This document shows positions 1 to 13,603 of a DNA stretch of 64,000 nt, piece after piece (within the stretch, counting starts at the first letter, position 1; every line of letters starts with the position of its first letter). The notes under the pieces are model-generated. The model saw nothing but the letters and a program-made list of their open reading frames with translations, had not been told where the DNA came from and made no database searches. Source of the stretch: Botryllus schlosseri (Eukaryota); contig CM119371.1 in the NCBI GenBank assembly GCA_051294905.1, positions 28,150,001 through 28,214,000 on the forward strand. Reading direction: 5' to 3'. A program made the position numbers and the translations under genes.

Positions 1-601
1 TGATGTAGTAAGTCTTCTTTTAGTAAATTGCAGATTTTTAAAGGTTGTTAGTTTTAGTTCAAGTTCTCATTGCGGGTTTGAAAAGTGAGTAGTTCTAGTT
101 CTAGTTGCGTCCTTTAAAAAGTGAGTAGGCTATAAGTTCTAATTTTAGTGTCGAAGAGTTGATAGGTGTAGTTCTAGTTTTAGTCCTAGTTGCACTTTTT
201 GAAAATCCAATAGTTTGTACAGGCCTGCCGCGAGGTAACGTCTGAAAATGAAGGCGTATGATGTTTGAATTCATAATATATAGAATAGAGTCACATAGAG
301 CCAAGTCTTTGGTATTTTACTATGCGGTTGATATATGGGATCATCATAAGATCGGTTTCGTAAAATGTCATCCTTTTCCGATTCCAAGATAACCCTATAT
401 AGTCACTGGCATCCTTGCATCATTGTGACAGGGGAAATTACATAACAACTATACGATACAGACTCTGTATGATCGCAAAAAATTATTTCGATTAGCACAC
501 AACAATAAAACAAATCAATCTTGCTATTCAATGAAACGCAGATATATCGAATTGTATGCACCTCACAGTCATAGTCACAAACGTTTTTCGTCTAGTAAGA
601 A

Positions 602-1732
602 ATGGCCCATCTCCAACGCCGTAACGGCTGCAATGATATTATATGCGAGGTATGCGGAAAAAGCTTCACCACCAAATATTATCTACCACGACACATGAAA
701 ATCCACGCCGCATCGAAGGATTTTGATTGCGACATATGCGGTAGAAGCTTTTCGCAAAGGAGTTCCCTGACAAGGCATCTATCGATCCATGCAGCAAAGA
801 AAGATCATAAGTGCGACATATGCGGGGGATCATTCCACACCAATTGCAACTTGAGAGAACACGTAAAAATTCACACCGAGGTAAAAGAGTTTGAGTGCGG
901 AATATGCGGGAGAGATTTCTTAAGGAAGGCTGACTTGAAAACACATTATTTGAGCCATACTGCAGCGAAAGATTACGAGTGCCGAATATGCGCAAAAGGA
1001 TTCAAAACAGGATCTCAGCTGAAAAGTCATTATTTGATTCACGTCGGAGGAAAAAAACATAAGTGCGAATTCTGCGGGAAAGCGTTCCGTACGAAGTTCA
1101 ACCTTAAGGGACACATCCAGATGATACACTCGATTACCAGAGAATATGCGTGCGACATATGCGAGAAAGCTTTTGTGCAAGAGTCTCACCTCAAGCGTCA
1201 CTATTCCGTCCCCATTGAAATAAAATACCATTGTCAGGTATGTGAGAAACCATTCAGGGAAGAATTGGGTATCCGAAGGCATATAAAAATTCACGTCGGA
1301 TTGAAAGAGTTTGAGTGCGATGTATGCGCGAAATCATTCTTCAAAGAATCTCACATGAGAGCACATATGAAACACCACGCCGCATTGAAAGATTTTGACT
1401 GTGAGATTTGTGGTGAAGCATTCCGTACGAGGTCGTACATCAAGATACACATGGAGTCGGCTCACTTGCATACAAAAAGATATGAGTGCGATATATGTGG
1501 GAAAGCCTTTGGACTATTGGCCAACCTAAGAGGTCACTGTACCGTCCACGCGGAATGGAAGTACCAGTGTGAAGTATGTGGGAAAATACTCAATCACATA
1601 TCCAGCTTGAGAAGACACAACAAGATTCACTTGGGAGTAAAAAAGCATCAGTGCGAGATATGCGGAGGAACATTCAGAGAAAAAAGTACTCTCTTTCGTC
1701 ACTTACGAATCCACCGAAGAGACAGGAAGTAA
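602..1732 (+). CDS. Polydactyl C2H2 zinc-finger protein, 376 aa, 13 fingers (finger 7 degenerate, last His replaced by Pro), single coding exon, no effector domain visible
   Basis: Continuous ORF of repeated CxxC-x12-Hx3-4H units. Linkers are non-canonical (AASKDF, TEVKEF, VGLKEF). An acceptor-like tttttcgtctag lies just upstream of the ATG. Confidence 0.93.
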   Translation: MAHLQRRNGCNDIICEVCGKSFTTKYYLPRHMKIHAASKDFDCDICGRSFSQRSSLTRHLSIHAAKKDHKCDICGGSFHTNCNLREHVKIHTEVKEFECGICGRDFLRKADLKTHYLSHTAAKDYECRICAKGFKTGSQLKSHYLIHVGGKKHKCEFCGKAFRTKFNLKGHIQMIHSITREYACDICEKAFVQESHLKRHYSVPIEIKYHCQVCEKPFREELGIRRHIKIHVGLKEFECDVCAKSFFKESHMRAHMKHHAALKDFDCEICGEAFRTRSYIKIHMESAHLHTKRYECDICGKAFGLLANLRGHCTVHAEWKYQCEVCGKILNHISSLRRHNKIHLGVKKHQCEICGGTFREKSTLFRHLRIHRRDRK

Positions 1733-4700
1733 GGATGCGACGATCCGTGGAACAATTTCAGGAACCGATGAATGAAGTGGAAATCATCATTGCTACTAAA
1801 ACATTCGTCCATTACACCCGTGGGAACGTTTTGTAAAATTTAAACGATACCATATGATATTTTGGTAACAATTAATTAGTCTGTTGCGGTACTGGCGTCG
1901 GTCGCATCATCGATTACATAAAGACAAAAAATCATGAATATAACGCAGCGAAATGCCATTTGAAACTAGTCTAGAACACCTGGGTAATAGAATTGGCCTC
2001 ATTTACACTACCGAAATCCAAATCTAGGTGGAATGTAATATCTTTGCTTTCGACGAATGATCCATTTTCTTTTCAAAAGTACATCGAGCATTATATGATA
2101 ATTTTAGGCACCTGTTGGGGTGGGTGTGTATACACACTCTTTCAGTAAGAGTGTAATATAATCTCACATCCTACACTGTAAACGAAAATGGTGTGTTTTC
2201 GCAATTCACACCCTAGCGTACGGTGTGTTTTGGGTCATCACACCTATTGGGTACTAAATTTGTCATTTACACCTAAGCTATTGGTGGAAATAAGCCGATC
2301 ACACCCCTACACACACATACCATAAGATATACACCCCAAGCATTGGCATTTGGGGAGAATTGTTAAAGATTACACCTTTTGTCAGACAAATATGAAGTTT
2401 TGGATTCAATCCGCGCTAGCCGCTTCCACAAAACTTGACTGTTGAAGTTTTAAGTCTGTGTCGGTCAGAAGCCTGGTTAAGCAGGCAGGGGTGCGGCAAG
2501 TCTGCATTCTTGTTAAAAATTCAGTCGAATCACTGTACTGATCATTGTATGGGCACTTGAGAACTTCTCTGCTGTGTCTAACTGTAGGTCGTGTAGGACA
2601 TATTCTCTCTGGGGTTGAATTATCCACCGAAAATGCGTGTTTTCGCCCACTTTATTGTTGTCCATGTCTTTAAGGCTTCTTGGGTAGGCTTAGGCAATGT
2701 TCCATTGTTCAGTTTTTATGGATTTAACCCGGTTCGATCAAGTAAATTCGCCTACGCATATAGTTTCAGCTTCAGTGACAAATAAGCATTCGTTGCATAA
2801 GTTCGTGTGCTACATTGACATGAATGAATAATAGCTAAGTCCGCAATATCATATTGTAATTCACATTTATCGTGCACTGCGGTACTCGTACTTTGGCTGA
2901 AATTTCACCCTGTCTACTATAGTGTGACCGATGTATCTCAAGTGTGTGGCAAAAATACGACACATTATGAAGTTGTCACGATACTGGTTTATAATTCCTT
3001 TCATGTCACGTCAAATGCACAATTGTACATTGTACGTAGGCTATATGTACAAAATATATCGGGCCTATTATTGACAGCAGCATTAGTGTATAACCACAAT
3101 ATAATGCAGGTTAAGGGTATTTAGAGCTGGGAATACTAGAAGGAGTTAAATTTCAGCCACAAACTTATATGAGCAGTACGCAATATGGGCGTAGTAAGAA
3201 TTCAAATTAGAATGGAACACCAGGTTACGTCACGGAACAATCATTGAATTGGGCGAAAGAGGGACTAAATTGGGCAAAGTTTCCTGGTTATTTTCATTTT
3301 TAAATTGATGTGTTATTCACTATTTGGTAGCTTTATGAATTGCACACTAAGCCTAACCGACAATTCGCATACAGCTTTCGGATCGTATCAATGGTTCGAT
3401 CTATGAAGATAAATCTAGTACTGCAAGACTTTTTGAAGCTTATTATGATGCAATCTGCAGCTTCACAGCTATAAAATCCATATTTCCGATAAATCAATTA
3501 TAGTATACATACAAATATTCCGGAGATCCTAAACTTCAATATAGTTATTACATCAGTGAGTCAATTGTCACATCATAATGCAATATACAAACCGTCGTCA
3601 CCAGAACAGCTGCTGCTATGTTTCGCTACAGCTATGTAAAATGTTTCGTTATATTATAGATAAGTAACCTACGGAGGTTGGTTATCTATAGTTATATGCC
3701 GTATTTCCGCGCTTAAGAGACCAGACTGGCTATCGACTGACCGTATTAGTTGTCGCGAATCTGTGAAGAAAGCCTCTTTCGAGATTGAAAATATCTGGAT
3801 GGTGAGTTACATTTCGTATCGGTACTATTGTAGTAAAGAACATTTGTTCCGTTGCGTTTCCTGTACAGATCCGATTCCTGTTACTCAGTGTCGCAGCTGT
3901 ACTGAACAGAATTACATGTAGAAAGTTGGAATTTTAAACGTACCGGTAGTGACGATACATTGAATTCACATAAATTGTTGTATCACCAGTACCGATACCA
4001 ATCTCCAAGACACAGTAGCTCAATGGCTCTAATGGAGATACTGTTGACAGGTCCAGCATTAGCTATGATTATAAACTACGGTAATTTGGGTTTGAGCGAC
4101 ATCGTTTGTAAGTGCATTGAAAAAAAAATCGACTCGATTGTCGTTATATTGATTACCAAAGCACATCACGACCTGTTTAAGTATAAAGGGTAGCCTACCA
4201 CTGACTTTGCAGAGCTATGTTTATAGGCCTATCACCCTGTCATTATCACTGAGCTATATACACATTATATATTATGTTATGTTATGGTAGGAAGGTAAAC
4301 ATATTATCTATTCTACTTCAGACTTGCATGGGCAAAGCTAGCAAATTTTTGGCTCTTGAAGAATGAAATTATCGATTTCTCCTCATGAGAAAACAAGTGT
4401 AACATACAAACAGCAAAGGGCTGAAGCATATGAAGCAATGGTATCTGCGAGGTGAGCAATGGACATTTGATGAAAGCTTTCGATCCCCGTAAATTGGGGC
4501 CAGTAAATGTTGATGATATTATGACATGGGTGAAAATATGACGATGCTATATTGCTATCACTATGAATATGAGAGACTTGACTATAGGAACAGGCTTACC
4601 TCATTGAACATATTTTGCAGTGGCCCCTCAGACTAGCTGCTAAGAGTATGTGACCCATCAACTAGACTACTTCTTTTCAAACTACTTCTCCGAGTTCTGT

Positions 4701-5435
4701 TCATATATTTATTTTAATTTGAAGCAGCTTGACATGGATTTGACATAGCCACTTCTATATGCTTGTCATTGAGTAGAAATTGACATCTATTGCTTGAGTA
4801 GCAATGCGCACTACTGCGGTCAACTCGGTGTGCAACAATGCACGGATTAGCTGGGTCTTCAATGTTTTGACCAATATGAAGAGGCAAACATAGCCTTGCC
4901 AAAGTTTATCAAACTGACCTTTCGATCAATATAAACAAATCATAATATATGCACTTCTTGACTCATGATATGACATACACACGATCTGTGCATATGCACA
5001 AATCTGCTTTTTGTTAGATTCAAGGACTGATTGCTATTAGTAGCAGACTCTTACTCTGTGAATGTGAAATCAAATATGTTGTTGGTGAGTAATATACTAT
5101 GCGTAGAAGAGTTACAAAATTGTACTTTAACTCGCTTATTTACAAGCATAAAGCAAGTCAAGGCTACAACATCAGTACACGTTTCGGATGTCTTGGGCCT
5201 TTCGAATCCAATCCAAATTGTCAACTAAACGTTTACCGTATGCCTCATGGTTATTTTTTCAATTTTAGGATGCTGCTATACAAGCTAATATCAGGGAATT
5301 TCAACCAAATCAACGTCACATTTAACGGTAGAAGCGTATGCTGTGAAACAGTAAAGGATCGTTATCAAACAGCTTATATTCCAAGGTAATCATTATCATT
5401 CAGCTAATTTGCAAACTTCCATGTATAGGCTAAGG

Positions 5436-5781
5436 CAGTGGTTCCCAACGTGGGGGCGATTTGGGGGTCTAGGGGAGCGAAAATGACGAAGGGGGCGACA
5501 GGGGGGCGAAAATGGACAAAGGGGGCGACGGGGGGCGAAAATAGCGAAGGGGGCGATGACGCGTCAAAACGGCTGACCTTTTTTTTTAGTCAACCCACGG
5601 AAATTTAGTTACAAAAGTGTGTCGAATTAGACATCGAGCCGAAAATTTGACTTTTTTTTTAGTCAACCCGCCGGTGATTACAGTTTGTATGCCCAATTTT
5701 CGGTACACAAAATTTTGGGGGTGATGATCGGTGTTGACCTTGAAAAGGGGGCGATGGGTCGAAAAAGGTTGGGAACCACTG
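5436..5781. mobile_element. hAT-type MITE
   Basis: TIR CAGTGGTTCCCAAC...GTTGGGAACCACTG; perfect 8-bp TSD GGCTAAGG; internal GGGGGCGA repeats. Confidence 0.92.
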
Positions 5782-6420
5782 GGCTAAGGCAAGTCAAGGT
5801 TTCCTAATCAGACCTGTATCTGCGGTCGCTTTGAATCCATTCTGAAAGTCAATATTGCCCAACTAGAAAACGTTTCGTGTTTTGGATTAATACCAAGTAG
5901 TCAAATTTAAATCAAGTCCATGCATTTCTTTCTCTGAATATTTTTCATATTTTAGGATGCTGCTTAAAGACTGCATGCTGCAAGAGCAAGATTATATCAC
6001 AGGAACTAACCGAGTTTAGAAGTATGCTGCGAAAACTGAAAGACTCGTTATCAAGCCAGCAGGTATGACAACTTTGTTAACGACACCTGATGTCAACTTT
6101 CGTAGTCGCATCTATGAGGTAAACCAAAGCAGAGATGGTCAAAGTTACCAGCGTTGCTACTCAAGTCGATGTAGAAATACCAACTTCAATTTATACTCGA
6201 TTACAAGTAGATGCAACAGTTCCTAATACAAGTCCAAACTACGCCAAGTGTGGAAGTAGAATACGAAATGTTGGAAAAATAGTCAAGTATGGTACGCAGA
6301 TTTTCAGAGGATTCTACTTTGAAAATTGCAATATGAATCTTCGCGACTAATATAAAATTACTAATGGCATATGACACTACTAACTAAATATTCAGTTATT
6401 TCTGATATAGGCGGTGTTGC

Positions 6421-7563
6421 CAGACTTGGACAACTATAGATATTCTAGTTGTCTAATTATCCTAATTGAAGCTATTCTAATTGGTGAAATGTTTCTATGC
6501 TCTAATTCCAATTCTAATCGAATGTATGAAATCTGTCTATGGTCTAATTTTAAACCTAATCTAATGTCTGGTTTTCCTGGAAATGCTACAGGAGAACTGT
6601 ATAGTGCGAAACAAGCCAAGCTTGCTGTACAGTAGGGGTGTTAAAAATGAATCTTTATTCTCAAATTCTTCTGGCTACTTGGTAAAATTGTTAGATTACG
6701 GAATTGAAGCCTAAACACCAAATTTGGTTCAATTCCAACCAGTAGCCGCATTGCTACAGGAGAAGAAAGTTATTTTATTTATTATTTAAAAATTAGTAAA
6801 AAAATTCAAAATTTTCTGTTCACCCATGAAATTGTAAGGTTGTCTATAGAAACGATGCCCACCAAATTTGGCTCAAATCAAACCAGCCAAAGCGGAGTTA
6901 TTGATTTCGAAAAATTTGGATTTGAATAAAATAGTATTTACGGTGGACACAACAGTCATAAATGATTAAAGAATCGTTCACCGTAAATACTATTTTATTC
7001 AAATCCAAAATTTTGCGACGGCAATAACTCCGCTTCCACTGGTTGGAATTGAGCCAAATCGGTTGAGAATTGTTGCTATAGACAACCTAACAATTTAATG
7101 GGGTGAACAGAAAATTTTAAATCTTTTTTCATTCATTTTCATATAATAAATAAAAAACTTTCTTCTCCTGTAGCAATGCGGCTACTGGTTGGAATCAAAC
7201 CAAATTTGGTGTGCAGGCTTCAATTAGGTAACCTAACAATTTCATCAAGTAGCCAGTAGATTTGAAAGAAAAAGTCATTTTTGAACACCCCTTCTGTACG
7301 GTAGACATTTGCTATTCTCATGCTCATAAGATGAACTATGATTTGATGATAACGGAGTTTGATTCAACTTTTGGCGATTGCAGTAATTCTAATTCTAATC
7401 CAATTTGAAAAAACCTGTTAGCTAGAATTATAATTTTAATCTAATTTCCAACTGTGTAGCTCAAATTTTAATTCTACTCTAATTCGAAAAAAAAAACTTG
7501 TAGTTGTAATATAATTCCAATCCAATTTGGAAAAAGGGAACGTTTTCTAGTTGTTCAAGTCTG
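6421..7563. mobile_element. MITE with TTCTAA-rich subterminal repeats, host of a nested foldback element
   Basis: Ends CAGACTTGGACAACTA...TAGTTGTTCAAGTCTG; a related left end at about 18410-18620; TSD not clear. Confidence 0.6.
6630..7296. mobile_element. Palindromic (foldback) MITE, Tc1/mariner-like
   Basis: TA|CAGTAGGGGTG...CACCCCTTCTG|TA; imperfect arms of about 315 bp around a loop of about 30 bp near 6947-6976. Confidence 0.85.
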
Positions 7564-9433
7564 CCTGTTACATGCGGTTTGCATGAAAACTATCCATAAA
7601 TTTTCATCTTGTCGATGCGTAATTGCCCACACATAGTGATCGTGTGTGAACATGTTTCCTATAGCAGTAAGTTCACCCTATCGGACCACAGTCTGTGCTG
7701 CAATTCCTTAGCAAGTGTAACATTTGATTTTTTGTAAGTACTTTGTAAAAATATATATACTTTGTAATGGCTTCTATTTTTGTGGTCTTTCATTAAGTTA
7801 TGCATGTTAGCATATGGGCCTGTTATTTGGGTTGTGAATATGCATTTTGATTTCAGTAATATGCCACAAGTTCTTGCTGAAGATAGTGACTCAGCCTTCG
7901 CCGTACAAGAGTGTTCTGCGGAAACCTGGAGGAGGCGACTTCCCAATACTACATGGGCAATGTTCTTCGAGCAGTATTTTCAGTGAATTATTTTCTCCGT
8001 CGCTGGGATCTCTGTTTTTGTTATTTCACGAAATATGTTTCCATTTTATGTTATTATGGTTCAATTGATATCGAATATATGCAATCAAGAAAGTTTATTT
8101 GCAATACCGTGCCATTTGGAAGAAGATGCAGGATTTCAAGTGGGGTGTATATATTGAAATTCCGCCCCAATCAATTCTAAGGGCTAGGGTGAAATATCCG
8201 ATATACACCGCAAGGAATGGGGTGGATTCTGGTCATTCACACCGGCAGGGTTACGTAAGTTCTGTTTTCGTGTACCACCTTTTGGGGGGTGTATAACCAC
8301 TCTTTTCGCTAAGAGTGTACTGCGTTCAAACAGGATTGATAATAAAGTATTCGAAGGTAAAACATACGCCATGGACTTTGAGGTAGGTTAGAGTTAGATC
8401 ACAGTATTGTATGGCAGGTAGAACATCTTCGAGGGTTGCAAGTGTAACATGACAATTGATTGTTAGTAATATACGATAATACATGATATTTAGACTTGGA
8501 ATTCTGATATCGATCAGGGATTAGAGCCTGATTAGAACCTTTCAACCAAATACAAGATAGGAATATTTGTATTCGCGAGTTACTTGACTATTCATGGTGC
8601 TTGCGGACTACTATGGTCATTTACACCAGGCCGATATTCTTCATTTTTCTTCCGTAACTGCCGACTTATAGCATGGCCCCGTTTTAGGCTTTTTGTAGTG
8701 TGCTGCTACAGATTCTCAGATGCACCGCGAGTGTTTCTTGGATTTTGGGAGAGCACACAAGCAGATGCGAATTAAAAACACCTGTGACCATGTACAAGAG
8801 TCCAATGAGGGCATTGCCGATGAATAGGGTAGTGACCAAATCATATTTGCGCTGCTGAGTCTTGATAAAATTCTTTGATTCGTTTCAAATCAACTCATAA
8901 ACTAGGAATCGCGCCATAAAGCCATGAGAAAATTGTCTTGTATTCAACTCACACTTCAACAATACTTCTCAGGATTTGCTGCAAACAAATATTGTTATTT
9001 TTATTTGTACCTGGGTGGGTGAACATGTTCTTTTCCGTTTTTACTGAAATTATAAACAGTAACCGAGAGCCAATGCTTCGAAAACGACGAAATGCATGTG
9101 TGTTTGTCAAAAATTAGACATCGTTTCAGTCAGGTATATGTTTTTTTATAAACAAGCACAGCCATCGTATTTGCTCGTGAATAGATTTTTAAGCAACTGT
9201 CTTGTAAGTGTGCGCAAGCATTTTATAATTTTTCCAGTGTGCCACATGTCGAAAAAGTTTTGGAACCACTGATTTTGACCAATGCTGTCGGTGGCGATAT
9301 CCAGTGTCAGTTTGAGTTTATCATTATTATCATTTCAAAAAACCAAAATAAACTGCGATACAATGAAAAGATATGAACGTGTAGAAACGACTTCGAGTAA
9401 TCTTCGAAATCAGACATCCACATGGGCGTAGGC

Positions 9434-9768
9434 TTCCACTTTTAAGAGTATTTGTCCTCCTTTTTGACGTTTTTGAAAGTGTCCTCGAAGGACGGCCTTT
9501 TGTCCTCTTTTTTGAGAATTATGGTCATATTCATAGCAAAATTCGACTGAGATGCCGTAAATCAGTACCGAAGTGACGCTCCGGCGGGTATTTCGGGAGC
9601 TGAGCGGAAATTTGACCTTTTATTTTTAGTCAACCACGCGACAACGTGAAGGAAAAAAGAGTATTTTGGGCACCGAGGGAGAAAGTTGACCATTCACCTC
9701 CGGTTTTACAAGTTTGAAAATTCTAAAAAAGTGTCCTTATTTCAGATTTCCAAAATATGGTAACCCTA
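9434..9768. mobile_element. hAT-type MITE (TAGGGTTACCA family), left TIR lost
   Basis: Right end TATGGTAACCCTA; 8-bp direct repeat GCGTAGGC on both sides; homologous to 11125-11496. Confidence 0.75.
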
Positions 9769-11124
9769 GCGTAGGCGATGTAACGTAGAGGATTCACATT
9801 GAATGAAAAGTAAAGCAGAGAATATAAGAGGCAAACGACAAAATGAGGTAGCATCAGGCGGAAGACGGGATTGATAAGTTAGGTCTTGGCCCGGTAATCT
9901 GGAGAAGGTTTTCACAAAGGGTTGTGTTTACATGCGGATGTTCAATTGTTCACCCAATGAAATATTTGATGAAGCTACAGTGAGTGCAATTTTACCAACC
10001 AGAATCAACGTTTCGAACTGCATATAGTCAATTAACAATATTCAAGGCAATGTCTTTCGTAGTTAGATATTACTGATGGTGAGATATTTTCATCACCAAC
10101 CCACGCCTGTGACAGTCATATATTTCCAATCCCCGATCCAACTCTAGATACAAATATTTCGACTTCGGTATATAGCCCAGATGCGACAAAGTGAGCATAT
10201 ATCGTATGTTAACGTAAGCAGAGTGTTGAACTGCTCGTTGAAAGCCGTCCAGGGCCAGTTGCAGTTACGATAATTTACGATTATATAAATTACACGGCAC
10301 CGTTTATAATTCAATAATACATTAGGATTAAAATGTTGACATGGTTCGGAAAGATTATTACCATGTGATACACTATGATGAGACTTTCGATATGTCTGGC
10401 GGTCCTCTCAAATGTAAGTCAAATTAACATTCATTGATGTGCCGTCGACCAAACCTTGGGAAAGCGCGCCATCTACTATATACACTATATCTAGGTCGCG
10501 CTTTCTGTTTTGATAAGTTTATTTATTCAACGTGCCATCTCAAGCATGAAAGCGGTATCGTTAATGCCAATCTATGTGTCTATCACTAATAACAGTGTCG
10601 TGATTGAGAATTAAGGGTCCGTGATGTTATGTGATGTTCTTCTGTACTGCTCATCTTGTTTAGATTTTTCCCGTTCTAGACGAGATACAGTTGAATGGTT
10701 AGAAAGTAAAACTAACTAGCTGAGATATTGAAATGACTTGTAATATATCGGGTACGCAGTACATATTTAAGGTAAAGTTCTGCGCTTTCCGTCTGGAATC
10801 GTTTTGTTTTATTGTGGCGGCATTTCTATGAAACAATATGTTTCATTGCGGGTCTCTAATCATCGGTTTCGTTTCTGATTCCCACAGCATAATTGTCAGG
10901 TAGCGACATTTCATGTTATAAAGCGATCTCTGTTACCCGGTAGAGGCCGACAAGTGGGTGCAGAACCGCAAATACACGCAACAACAACATCTTGTTAGAT
11001 AACTAGGTCAGAGTTATCCAATTATTTTACTACCACGCCACCCTGGAGTAACAATATTTCAGCTTGTGACTTCTATAGACCGGACAGAGCGTGTGTCGTG
11101 CAGATATTCACATATGATATATAG

Positions 11125-11496
11125 TATGGGGTTACCATACGTCCTCCTTTAGTAGAATTTGTCCTCCTTTTTCAGGTTTTTGAAAATGTCATCCTTTTTG
11201 AGAATTTGTCCTCTTTTTGAGGGTTTCGGTCAAATTCATAGCAAAATTCGACTGAGATTCCGCAATTCAGCACCGAAGTGACGCTACGACGGGTATTCCG
11301 GGTGCAGAGTGGAAAGTTGACCTTTTTTTTTCTTAGTCAGCAGCATGATAAAGTGAAGGAGAAATCAGTATTTCGGGCGCTGAGCGGTTGACCTTTGTTG
11401 ACCTTTTTTTAGTTAACCGACTGCGAATTGAAAAAATTTTCTCAACTTTTCAGGATTTTCCACCGGCATTCTAAGTTTAAAAATATGGTAACCCTA
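11125..11496. mobile_element. hAT-type MITE (TAGGGTTACCA family)
   Basis: TIR GGGTTACCATA...TATGGTAACCCTA; TSD ATATATAG; GTCCTC subterminal repeats; another end of this family at about 57680-57701. Confidence 0.85.
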
Positions 11497-13603
11497 ATAT
11501 ATAGACCACATCAGTAAGATTATTGTCACTATGTCTGCACATTTAGATCTTCAATATGTGGTTCGAATTTTGAGAGAGGACAGTGTAGTTCTCTTCCAAC
11601 TCTTAGCCTATTCCTGGCTTCAGTATTTCATGGCAGCTAGGTTAGAGAATACAGCTTTGCAACGGTACACCGAATCAAGCTTAATTATAAGAATCCGGAA
11701 CGCCTGTGTGGAGTCACGAGGGTAGAGATGATAGCACTCTGCCAAGCTGAGCTGCCTAACAAGATTAACCCAATGTTATTCGTACGCTAGCTCAATCAGT
11801 AAGCGTGAAAGCAAATTAGCATGACTTGTGATCACATAGCTGCCGTATGCCAAATGTAATTTTGGAAGCTCGATGAGCGGTTTGATTGTCTCATATAGCC
11901 TGCAGACAAAACAAAAGTTGCCGATCATCAATGAGCACTATTATCACGAATCAAATTTTTTTCTGATCATCTCCACGATTTTAAGTGACAGACACCTTCG
12001 TTGCCACGTTTGCTGGATGGAAAATGCTGAAGATGTTACGGTGGTAGAGGGAATGGTTTTGTTATTATTGTTCTATCGACTGTATATGTCAGCACGCGAA
12101 TGAAAGAGGCTACACCGCGGACGGTGTGATACACAAGATACACAAATCGGCGCTATGTCTTTATCCCAATAGATCATGCCAGACGTGATTTCGAAAAATC
12201 ATACACCAGTACAGATTTGGATATGGCAGCAAGTGACATGTTTACAGCGTTGAACTTCTTAAGACAGTATAATCCTGAATTCTCATATCCTTTCCATTGG
12301 GTGGAACGTCACCATATAGTCAACAAACACATCAAGCTGTTGGCTATATATGAAATTTATCAGGCGTTGACAGGTCTCAAGTGTAATAGTGTAGTGAGTG
12401 TTTCGATAATATTACCCTAATGCACAGGACAGTATGGTAGTTATATTGTCACTACTGAATCTGATGCGGCATCATCCATGTCCGGTTGTAATTTTAATGT
12501 CGAGGTCGCGAAGTTTACTTCTACACAGTATGATCCATACTGATGGTGGAGTCTGGAGTCATTTTGGTCTTTAACTTTTCAATCACAATAACGATATGCA
12601 TATAATTAGCAAAATGCGCTCACATTAATCACAGATATGTATCACCTCGCCACATGTATACATCGACTATAGTCGATTGAATGGGATCAAAATATTAGGG
12701 CGAAGTCGATGGTGTTTCTGGTTATGACCGTGACTTGAAATAGGTGTTCAGAATTCAGAATATATAGAGTCTCATAGAGTCAGGTCTTTACATGTTGGTA
12801 TTTTACCATATACTTCATGGTTGGTATATGGGATATCATGAAATGTAGGAGATCTCAAGTATCAGACCCTTGTTTTAAAAATGCACGTAAATCTTGACAT
12901 ACAGGCTACTATGGAAGCTACGAATATATATATATATCAGGTCAACACGGACATATCGGTTTTGTGCCGCGTAAAAAGGTGATCACTGCTCATTGACGTA
13001 GTTCCTTTATATTTTCGAAAGTCCGACGGGAATTCTGTTTTCTTCGACTATAATAGTAGCCTACTGAGTTGCTAAGGTCAGGGATATCCCTGGCTAAAGT
13101 TTATAGCCATCTTCAGTTACACGTTAAATGTTTTAAAGAACAATCACTATGTTTCGACTTGTGGAGGCTTTCAGGAGAAAATTGTATTGAAGCATATTCG
13201 CATCACCTTGACGATGGAAACTACGTAACAAAACTATTCGTTACAGACTCTGAATGATCGCAAAAAATTATTTCGGGTACTTCTCATATCTCTATTTGCT
13301 ACTTCTATTATAGATAGTTTTGACATGCTCCGAAAATCACTACTTTGTACTTGCAATGCAAATTGACGGTATTACAATTCGACAGTTGCTTATCAGCAAT
13401 AAATACTTTCACTATACCTCTGGCTGTGTAATCGAGTAATCGTCTTACGTGATTCGTTAATATGTTTTTTTATGCTGTAATATTTTTAAAATGTTAACAC
13501 ACGACGATAAACCAAATCACTCTTGATATTTAATGACAGGCTGATACATCGCATTGTATGCACTTTACAGCTTAAGTCACAAACGTTTCTCGTCTAGTAA
13601 GAA

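Larger units (their letters stand above)
2174..8317. mobile_element. Probable degenerate CACT-terminated (CMC/EnSpm-like) DNA element, about 6.1 kb including nested MITEs
   Basis: Left end CACTGTAAACGAAAATGGTG; right end reads CACTCTTAGCGAAAAGAGTG on the minus strand; TA on both flanks. Subterminal ACACC(C) repeats at 2205-2380 are mirrored by GG(G)TG motifs at 8140-8295. Confidence 0.55.
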
